A DNA stretch of 58,018 nt from the IMG/VR virus record IMGVR_UViG_3300035670_013234; one strand, 5' to 3'. Numbering within the stretch: position 1 is the first letter of the stretch; each line of letters begins with the position of its first letter. This document shows, piece after piece, positions 38,863-46,769 of this stretch. The notes beneath the pieces are model-generated. The model ran no database searches. It saw nothing but the letters and a program-made list of their open reading frames with translations, and was not told where the DNA came from. This DNA comes from an uncultured virus (IMG/VR IMGVR_UViG_3300035670_013234). Taxonomy: Duplodnaviria > Heunggongvirae > Uroviricota > Caudoviricetes. Position numbers and translations under genes: made by a program.

Positions 38863-39753
38863 TTATCCTAGGAAAGTAAAGTCGATTGATTTGGTCGACA
38901 CGTTGTAGGTTATTGACATATTGGAATTGGCAATATTATTGTTTGCCTGATCTCCACCAAAGTATATTCCATTATTGGTAGATAGTTTAAGGTTTGCATT
39001 TGCACTTATTAGGCTGGCTGAGGTGTTGTATGTGAAGTTTGCATTGCCAGCAAACGTTCCATCGTTATTGTATTGTATGTCAGTATTTGATCCGCCAGGA
39101 GTTCCGCTTCCACTAGAAGTGAACTGAATATTCGCATTGCCTTCTATTCCAGAAGTGACAGTAACTGTTACTGTTGCGCTATTGAGGAAATTAATTCCAT
39201 TGGCAGTTACAGTCGAAACGCTGTTGGCCGAAACAGGGAATGTACCAGAACCGCCACCGCCAGAACCAGGTGCACCTTGAACACCTTGAGCTCCTTGTAC
39301 CCCAGTTCCAATTTGGCCTTGAACACCTTGGAATCCTTGAGCACCTACTGCTCCTTGAATTCCCTGGAACCCTTGCGCTCCAACAGCGCCTTGTACACCC
39401 TGAAATCCTTGAGCACCTACTGCTCCTTGAATTCCCTGGAACCCTTGCGCTCCAACAGCACCTTGGAATCCTTGTGCTCCTTGTACGCCGCTACCACCAA
39501 CAACAGTTATTGCAATATTAGCATTACCATCTGTCGAATCAGTTACTGCGATTGTCGCCGTTGCAGTGTTGACAAAGTTGAGTTGTTTGGCTGAAAGAGT
39601 AGATTCACTGTTTTGAGAAACGCGAACCGTGTTGGCCGCACTGGCTAGGTTTGCATTAAAAATAGAACCCGTAACAGTAAGATTCCCAGAAACCGTGGTA
39701 TTCTGGGTTACAATTAGATTTCCAGTTACATTACTGTTTAATAGCTGGGCCAT
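38863..39753 (-). CDS. Short collagen-stalk fibre protein ending SIDFTFLG
   Basis: ~25 G-X-Q triplets flanked by two NF.N.AT..GNANI modules; PGGSNTDIQYNN motif. Confidence 0.85.
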   Translation of the reverse strand: MAQLLNSNVTGNLIVTQNTTVSGNLTVTGSIFNANLASAANTVRVSQNSESTLSAKQLNFVNTATATIAVTDSTDGNANIAITVVGGSGVQGAQGFQGAVGAQGFQGIQGAVGAQGFQGVQGAVGAQGFQGIQGAVGAQGFQGVQGQIGTGVQGAQGVQGAPGSGGGGSGTFPVSANSVSTVTANGINFLNSATVTVTVTSGIEGNANIQFTSSGSGTPGGSNTDIQYNNDGTFAGNANFTYNTSASLISANANLKLSTNNGIYFGGDQANNNIANSNMSITYNVSTKSIDFTFLG

Positions 39754-39780
39754 TTTGATTCTCGGATATAGATTACTCTG

Positions 39781-39788
39781 TATTTAGT
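39781..39788 (-). promoter_or_regulatory. Late promoter variant
   Basis: ACTAAATA overlapping a stop codon, 28 nt before ATG 39753. Confidence 0.6.
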
Positions 39789-41301
39789 CTGGTGGCACTT
39801 CAATAAACTCAGCCGTTTGTACTGCTCCATTGGCAAATAATCGAAGAGAAGGAGTTAATGCTTCTTCGAATAATTCTCCCATTTGGATAGTTCCATTGGC
39901 AAAAATTCTGAGAACATCGCTTGATGGGATTGATATTGTGTTAGGGATGCCGACATTTGCTGTATTGACTCCCATGTCTGAACCATTTTCTGCTGCAGAA
40001 ACCCCTATCGAAGAAGAATCTAATTTAAACCCTGATATTGAACTTGGGTATGTTCCGCCAGAAAAGACTATCGCTCCATTCACAGAACTGGCGTCTTGTC
40101 CATAAAAAGTTTGCCAGCCAGATAAAGTATAAGATATGCTATTATTCCAAATTGCACCTCCATATCCATTATAATTGGTTGTTGTAAAATGTGGCGCAGA
40201 ATTATACCTATGTATCTCTGTAGTGCCTAGAATAATGTTGTTTTTGACGATATTCCCTATGGCGCCGTTTGCGGCTGGCGGATCATCAGGATCTGTAGCC
40301 CAGAGCAACGTTATGTTATTTGCTATTGTATTATATTGAATATCGTTGTAATCTCCACCAGCAACACCATTAGATTCATTTATAACTAATGATACATTAG
40401 ATGCAAAAATATTATTAATAATATTTGCATAGTTGGTATTAAAAAATGAAGCGAACCTATCCGTATCTTTTATGTAATTTCCCGAAATCGTAATGTCTGT
40501 ATTTGATAGGTTGGACTCATTGGCATGTTTAAAATAAATCCCACATGGAGAGTTGGACATAATGTTGTTTCTTATGACCAACTTTCCTACTCTAAATGCA
40601 ACTATATTCCCTGTGTTATTATGAATTCCACTAGCATTAGATCCAGGACCATTGAACGTATTGTATTGTATGGTTGTATAATTGCTTAACGTTCCACCAT
40701 TTATCTTAATGGCGCCCGAATTATCGCCCCCATATTCTTGATTAATAGTACACCATTGGATTGTGTTATTGCTACTATCTACGTTCGTGCCTAGCTGAAA
40801 TGCTACTGAAGTATTCGCAAATTCTAATCCATGAAATCTCCAATATTGCTTTCCTTCGAGCATCATAAACATATTATTTGTTGTGCCGCCACCACTGACT
40901 CCAACAGTATTAGCGCAATTAATTATAACTCGTTCGCCAGGATAATTTCTAACAGTAATTGGTTGTGATGCAGTTCCTGTTTGTGAATTGACTGTTGCTG
41001 ATGGATTTCCTCCATATGTCTGGGAATAAAATGTTCCTCTAAGATGAAGGAGAAAATCTAGATTATATGTTCCACCTCTAATCAACAGAGTGTCATTTGC
41101 GTTAAGATTATACACTCCTTTTTCAATCGTAAGCCATGGTGTGTTTGGATTATTTGGAGTGCTAGAAGAATCGCTACCTGTTAATGACACATATTTTAAG
41201 TTAGCACTCATACCAAATGTTGATTCATCGGTATTACTATCAACTTCAGTGCGTCCAGTCTCAATAAATTGTTCTGCTTGGAATACGAATTCGTTTGGCA
41301 T
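39784..41301 (-). CDS. Right-handed beta-helix (pectin-lyase-like) putative depolymerase
   Basis: YVSLTGSD...PWLTI..G....DTLLIRGGTY start, GT..QPITVRNYPGE, many I.(N/Y)N.(I/F) beta-helix rungs. Confidence 0.8.
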   Translation of the reverse strand: MPNEFVFQAEQFIETGRTEVDSNTDESTFGMSANLKYVSLTGSDSSSTPNNPNTPWLTIEKGVYNLNANDTLLIRGGTYNLDFLLHLRGTFYSQTYGGNPSATVNSQTGTASQPITVRNYPGERVIINCANTVGVSGGGTTNNMFMMLEGKQYWRFHGLEFANTSVAFQLGTNVDSSNNTIQWCTINQEYGGDNSGAIKINGGTLSNYTTIQYNTFNGPGSNASGIHNNTGNIVAFRVGKLVIRNNIMSNSPCGIYFKHANESNLSNTDITISGNYIKDTDRFASFFNTNYANIINNIFASNVSLVINESNGVAGGDYNDIQYNTIANNITLLWATDPDDPPAANGAIGNIVKNNIILGTTEIHRYNSAPHFTTTNYNGYGGAIWNNSISYTLSGWQTFYGQDASSVNGAIVFSGGTYPSSISGFKLDSSSIGVSAAENGSDMGVNTANVGIPNTISIPSSDVLRIFANGTIQMGELFEEALTPSLRLFANGAVQTAEFIEVPPD

Positions 41302-41314
41302 TATACTACTCTAC

Positions 41315-43222
41315 TTATCTATAGATGACTTCAACGTTATCAATATATCTTGTTTCACTAGAAACTGGTGCACCACCTGATTCCCATCCACCAATAGCAA
41401 ATTGATGGAATGTATAATCATTACTACTGCCTCTTATATTAATATTACTAGCAGAACCCATTAATTCGCCATCTCTCCACAATTTTATCCAACCATCAGA
41501 ATTACCTATAGAATTTAATTGAATTTCAACAGCAATAGTATACCATTGTTCTCTATTCATGTTCCAATCGTTGTCAATAACAAAATTTGAACTAGTTCCT
41601 AATCCTTGACCAAATACAATAGCTCTTGTTGAATTTCCAGGAGTTCCGCTGCCCTCAAGTCCAAGTAAAACATCTAATGTGACATTACCATTAGATAATC
41701 TACCAACAATTCTACAGGATTTATCTGCCTGGAAATCCCAGTTTGCGTCTCTATACTCATCCCATTGTAATCTAATATAAGTTTTTCCTGTACTAACATC
41801 ACCATTAATAGCGCCAGGAAATCTATAATATAATAAAGTCCGTGATTCATTTTGAGTCCATGTTGAAGTATATCGATTAGATCCCTGGAATAGGCTAATA
41901 GAATGAGTTCCACCGTTTGATGTATCTTGACTATCCCATGGACCATTAATAGCATCAGTTATTGTTGAATATGTTTCGAAACTTTCAAAAAAATCTCTAA
42001 CTACTCTGATATACATTTTAATCTTATTGGAGATTTTCGTCAATCCGCTGGCTGTGAATGTTCCTGCTTCTCCCCAAACATAATATAGATCAGAGTATAT
42101 TCTATAGTCAAACGAGTCTGTTGTATCATTAGGAGAATTAATCTCAATGAATCCTTGCGAATCAACATATAAATCATTTCCAAGATTAGTTTTAGTTGGG
42201 AGATAGAATTTATCCCCTACAGAAACTGCTGGTGATAGTCCATAATATAAAGAATATGTATTTGCGGCCTGGGATATATCTGTAACTGTGTGTATATTAT
42301 AGAATGTATTTGTGGTAAGAGTGCCAGAAATACTTGCTGTTGCAACGTTAAATGTCACATTACCAAATCCAACATTTGATGCGAATAATTGTTCAGAATA
42401 TGGAACATCAAATACAATAGCTGATGCATTAGTAGTTGTTGGAGCTACATTGATGCTTCTTGTTTGATATACTATTTGTACTGCAGTTTGGCCACTTAAA
42501 TTATAACCAGATAGAATAACTCCAGGCTGCCCAGCATATACAGTTTCGTCCGTATCAACATCAATTATTGATACATCTGTTGATGCAATAGAAAGTGCTA
42601 TATGAGTAGTTTGACCTCCTCCTCCGCCAACAGTCCAGGACATTATAGAATTAGATGAAGAATTTCCATCTTCAATGGAAGAAGCTATTCTTGCGGAATT
42701 TCCACCTGCTCCTGCAGATCCAATAAAGTTGCTAAGTTGTGTTTGATTCGCATCAGCAGTATATGTTGTACTGTCGCCACTTCCAGTTCCAATTGCATCA
42801 AATACAATAAATCCAGTTCTAGAAGCAATACTTACTGAATTGCTAGTTGATGTTCTGAAAGTAAAAGGTGGAGTTACTAATTGAGAAACGTTTGCAAAAG
42901 ATGTTGCAATTATCCCACCTCTGGTAGTTGATGCTGCCCAACGAACAATTACAGTATTATTCCCTGTTGGAGGATTAACCATGTAATATGTTCTTAGATA
43001 TACACCGCCATTAATTACTGTGTTGGCAAATGTCATTGCGGCATTATTATAATACACATATGACGGATCTGTTGGCGCACCCGCACTAGTGGTCACTATA
43101 TTAACAACTAAAAATCTATCTTCCCCCGAACATGTATGATAAAAAAGTGAATTTGTTCCAGAGTTAACTCCAGCTCCAGACAAAGAAAGAAAGGTATTTG
43201 CATTAAGAGTTACTGCAGGCAT
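41315..43222 (-). CDS. Multi-domain virion protein with C-terminal polysaccharide-lyase-like jelly-roll
   Basis: C-terminal REQWYTIAVEIQLN...DGWIKLWRDG...RYIDNV. Confidence 0.7.
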   Translation of the reverse strand: MPAVTLNANTFLSLSGAGVNSGTNSLFYHTCSGEDRFLVVNIVTTSAGAPTDPSYVYYNNAAMTFANTVINGGVYLRTYYMVNPPTGNNTVIVRWAASTTRGGIIATSFANVSQLVTPPFTFRTSTSNSVSIASRTGFIVFDAIGTGSGDSTTYTADANQTQLSNFIGSAGAGGNSARIASSIEDGNSSSNSIMSWTVGGGGGQTTHIALSIASTDVSIIDVDTDETVYAGQPGVILSGYNLSGQTAVQIVYQTRSINVAPTTTNASAIVFDVPYSEQLFASNVGFGNVTFNVATASISGTLTTNTFYNIHTVTDISQAANTYSLYYGLSPAVSVGDKFYLPTKTNLGNDLYVDSQGFIEINSPNDTTDSFDYRIYSDLYYVWGEAGTFTASGLTKISNKIKMYIRVVRDFFESFETYSTITDAINGPWDSQDTSNGGTHSISLFQGSNRYTSTWTQNESRTLLYYRFPGAINGDVSTGKTYIRLQWDEYRDANWDFQADKSCRIVGRLSNGNVTLDVLLGLEGSGTPGNSTRAIVFGQGLGTSSNFVIDNDWNMNREQWYTIAVEIQLNSIGNSDGWIKLWRDGELMGSASNINIRGSSNDYTFHQFAIGGWESGGAPVSSETRYIDNVEVIYR

Positions 43223-43223
43223 T

Positions 43224-44063
43224 TTATGTACCTATAAATTTCCTGCGGCCTGAATCTGATCTATATGGCGGACTAACATTTGTAGCAATAACAATATCGT
43301 CAAGATATGTGTCGTTATTTGGAGGAGTTTCATTATTCCAATAGGTGAACCAATATAAACTAGTCATAATATTGGTTGCTTCATTCATTGTTCCAGTATC
43401 AGCTGCTGTGCGTTCTTGGACGAGATTACCATCAACCCAGAAACGGAAAAGGACTCCTGATCCACCCATAGATTCTTTCACATCTAGTTTACAATACACT
43501 TCATATGTTATCCATTGATCTCGAGGGATAGGAACTAGAGAATATTTCCATATATTATTATTATCAAATTCTCTGATTGTCCCATAAGTCCAAGATCCCC
43601 AGCTCGCTTCTTCATTAACATACAAATCCATATACCCAGCATTAACAGCAGATTCAGCTGCGCTCTTAAACATCCTAAGTCGTAGAAATTTCATTGCTGG
43701 AGTTGCACTGAATGTAAATTCACTTGGCCAGTATTGCCTCCATCTAACCCAAATCTCATCACCTCTTACCAAGTTAGTAGGTAAGGCATATGTCCCACCC
43801 CAATTACCAAATCCACCACCATCTCCAGTTCTAATTGACATTAATGCCGATGCGCCACTTGTTCCATATTTCGTTGTTGTATTTGCTTTGGTTCTTCCTG
43901 CAGTACCAAAAACAGGACCATTCAATGAAACCCCATCAGCATAAGAATTAAAATTCTGAGTAGAAACAGGAGTGTATGTTCCTCCTGTTGGGTATTTGCT
44001 GTATCGTATGCCATCTTCTGATGGTATTATTCTAAAAGAACGTTTAGTGCCATTGATAGCCAT
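43224..44063 (-). CDS. Polysaccharide-lyase-like / ConA jelly-roll protein
   Basis: IWVRWRQYWPSEF.F...MKFLRL, RDQWITYEVY, FRFWVDG, YLDDIVIA. Confidence 0.7.
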   Translation of the reverse strand: MAINGTKRSFRIIPSEDGIRYSKYPTGGTYTPVSTQNFNSYADGVSLNGPVFGTAGRTKANTTTKYGTSGASALMSIRTGDGGGFGNWGGTYALPTNLVRGDEIWVRWRQYWPSEFTFSATPAMKFLRLRMFKSAAESAVNAGYMDLYVNEEASWGSWTYGTIREFDNNNIWKYSLVPIPRDQWITYEVYCKLDVKESMGGSGVLFRFWVDGNLVQERTAADTGTMNEATNIMTSLYWFTYWNNETPPNNDTYLDDIVIATNVSPPYRSDSGRRKFIGT

Positions 44064-44069
44064 ATTAAA

Positions 44070-46769
44070 TTACCCCAAGAACGTAAAGTCTAACGATGTC
44101 GCACTCGCGTTATATGATACTCTGAATTTAGAGTTTGAGAATTGGTTGTTAGACTGTTCGCCACCAAAGTATAGATTACTTGTTCCTGGCAATCTTAGCT
44201 GAGAACCGACAGAAACAAGGTTAGCGGCAGTATTGTAGTAGAAATTAGAATCGCCACCAAAAGCGCCATTGTTATTGTACTGTATTTGAGTATTTGCTCC
44301 GCCAGGAGAGCCGCCTGATGTAAACTGGATATTTGCATTGCCTTCTATTCCTGCTGTTACTGTAACAGTTACTGTTGCGCTATTAATAAAATTCAGAGCA
44401 TTGGCTGTTACTGTTGAACCGCTGTTGGCTGAAACAGCAAAGTTTGCAATTCCAGAAGATCCTGGAGCTCCTTGGACACCTTGATGACCTTGCACTCCAG
44501 TTCCAGTTTGCCCTTGAGCGCCCTGAGATCCTTGAATCCCCTGGAACCCTTGCGCTCCAACTGCACCTTGAATACCTTGGAAACCTTGGGCACCTATTGC
44601 TCCCTGGGCACCTGCTGCGCCTTGAATACCTTGAAAACCTTGTCTACCTTGGGCTCCCTGAATACCTTGGAAACCTTGTGCCCCAACAACTCCCTGAGCG
44701 CCAGCGGCTCCTTGTATTCCCTGGAAACCTTGGGCACCTACTGCTCCCTGGGCACCAGTTGCTCCCTGTGGTCCTTGGGTTCCTGGAGTACCTGCTAGGT
44801 TAATAGTCCAAAAGGTAAATGTGCCTGAACCACTAGTGCTAGTAACATTAATATCAAGAGAACCAGTTCCACCATTATAAGTGGAGACTGTTCCTTCCAT
44901 ATAGTTTGTTGAGTTATTAGCCGCTCGAACAGTTTGAGAAGTAGAATATGCTAGACCAGTATCTACTGTAAATACTTTTGAACCAGTACCTATGGTTTGG
45001 CTAGTAGTACTGGTGGTGGCATATTTGTCGCCAGCAATACCTTGAATACCTTGAGAACCTTGAGCACCAGTTGTTCCTTGAAATCCTTGTGCGCCTTGGA
45101 TACCTTGAAACCCTTGAGCCCCAACAGCTCCTTGAGCACCAGTTGTTCCTTGAAATCCTTGTGCACCCTGAATACCTTGAGACCCTTGAGCCCCAACAGT
45201 TCCCTGTGCCCCAACAACACCTTGGGCGCCAGCGGATCCTTGTATCCCCTGGAAGCCTTGGGCACCTACTGTTCCTTGCGCCCCAGTAACTCCTTGCGCA
45301 CCAGTGGCACCTTGAATTCCCTGAAATCCTTGTGCGCCAGTAGCTCCCTGGGCACCAGCATCACCTTGAATACCCTGGAACCCTTGCGAACCCTGAATAC
45401 CTTGAGAACCTTGAGTTCCTGTTGCTCCCTGAAATCCTTGTGCTCCCTGAATACCTTGAGAACCTTGAGTTCCTGTTGCTCCCTGAATACCTTGAGAACC
45501 TTGAGTTCCTGTTGCTCCCTGGAACCCTTGCGAACCCTGAATACCTTGAGAACCTTGAGTTCCTGTTGCTCCCTGAAATCCTTGTGCGCCCTGAATACCT
45601 TGGAATCCTTGAGCTCCAGCAACTCCCTGGAATCCTTGTGCACCAACAGCACCTTGGACTCCTTGGAACCCTTGTGGACCAGCTGATCCTTGAATTCCCT
45701 GGAATCCTTGTCTACCCTGAGCGCCTTGTATACCTTGGAAGCCTTGAGCTCCAATAGCACCTTGAGCGCCAGTTGCTCCCTGTGGTCCCTGGGTTCCAGG
45801 AGTTCCAGCAAGGTTAATTGTCCAAAAGGTAAATGTTCCGCTTCCGCTGGTTGACGTTACGTTAATATCAATAGAACCAGTTCCACTGTTGTATGTGGAT
45901 ACGGAACCTTCCATATAATTTGTTGCGGTATTCGCAGCACGAACAGTCTGGGAAGTAGAATATGCTAGTCCAGTTGCAACAGTGAATACCTTAGATCCAG
46001 TACCAATCGTTTGAGATGTTGTACTAGTGGTTGCATACTTATCGCCAGCAATACCTTGAATTCCCTGAGAACCTTGGGCTCCAGCAACTCCCTGGAAACC
46101 CTGAGAACCTTGAATACCTTGGAAACCTTGGGCTCCAACAACACCCTGAAACCCTTGTGAACCTTGGATGCCCTGGAATCCTTGTCTACCTTGTGCTCCC
46201 TGAATACCTTGGAATCCTTGTCTACCTTGTGCACCCTGAATACCTTGAGAACCTTGAGTTCCTGTTGCTCCCTGGAACCCTTGCGAACCCTGAATACCTT
46301 GGAAACCTTGGGGTCCAGCGGCTCCTTGAATTCCTTGAGAACCCTGAATACCTTGGAATCCTTGGGGTCCAGCGGCTCCTTGAATTCCCTGAGAACCTTG
46401 GGCTCCAGCAACTCCCTGGAAACCCTGAGAACCTTGAATACCTTGGAAACCTTGGGGTCCAGCAACACCCTGAAATCCTTGTGCGCCTTGAATACCTTGG
46501 AAACCTTGTACTCCAGTTGCTCCTTGAAATCCTTGTGCGCCAGGTAGACCAATTGGACCTTGATCGCCCTGATTACCTTGAACCCCTTGGGCACCTTGTA
46601 CGCCTTGAGATCCTTGGACGCCCTGTTCGCCCTGAACTCCAGGAGCTCCTTGTGGGCCAACAGTATTGGTTGCGAAAGATACCCAGGATGTACCATTCCA
46701 CTTCCAAATCTTTCCGTTGGAAGTGAAAATCTCATTAAGAGCTGGATTATCTGGGAAATTGATTGCCAT
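44070..46769 (-). CDS. Long collagen-stalk fibre protein ending SLDFTFLG
   Basis: FPDNP..WKWNGTSW anchor, ~185 G-X-Q triplets in three blocks separated by two 85-aa modules. Confidence 0.9.
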   Translation of the reverse strand: MAINFPDNPALNEIFTSNGKIWKWNGTSWVSFATNTVGPQGAPGVQGEQGVQGSQGVQGAQGVQGNQGDQGPIGLPGAQGFQGATGVQGFQGIQGAQGFQGVAGPQGFQGIQGSQGFQGVAGAQGSQGIQGAAGPQGFQGIQGSQGIQGAAGPQGFQGIQGSQGFQGATGTQGSQGIQGAQGRQGFQGIQGAQGRQGFQGIQGSQGFQGVVGAQGFQGIQGSQGFQGVAGAQGSQGIQGIAGDKYATTSTTSQTIGTGSKVFTVATGLAYSTSQTVRAANTATNYMEGSVSTYNSGTGSIDINVTSTSGSGTFTFWTINLAGTPGTQGPQGATGAQGAIGAQGFQGIQGAQGRQGFQGIQGSAGPQGFQGVQGAVGAQGFQGVAGAQGFQGIQGAQGFQGATGTQGSQGIQGSQGFQGATGTQGSQGIQGATGTQGSQGIQGAQGFQGATGTQGSQGIQGSQGFQGIQGDAGAQGATGAQGFQGIQGATGAQGVTGAQGTVGAQGFQGIQGSAGAQGVVGAQGTVGAQGSQGIQGAQGFQGTTGAQGAVGAQGFQGIQGAQGFQGTTGAQGSQGIQGIAGDKYATTSTTSQTIGTGSKVFTVDTGLAYSTSQTVRAANNSTNYMEGTVSTYNGGTGSLDINVTSTSGSGTFTFWTINLAGTPGTQGPQGATGAQGAVGAQGFQGIQGAAGAQGVVGAQGFQGIQGAQGRQGFQGIQGAAGAQGAIGAQGFQGIQGAVGAQGFQGIQGSQGAQGQTGTGVQGHQGVQGAPGSSGIANFAVSANSGSTVTANALNFINSATVTVTVTAGIEGNANIQFTSGGSPGGANTQIQYNNNGAFGGDSNFYYNTAANLVSVGSQLRLPGTSNLYFGGEQSNNQFSNSKFRVSYNASATSLDFTFLG
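44461..46656 (-). repeat. Collagen-coding 9-bp-period repeats
   Basis: Continuous G-X-Q triplets visible in translation. Confidence 0.95.

Noticed and set aside
28351..46049. Diversity-generating retroelement template/variable repeats
   Set aside because: Differences between repeat copies are synonymous rather than adenine-specific, and there is no reverse transcriptase in the window
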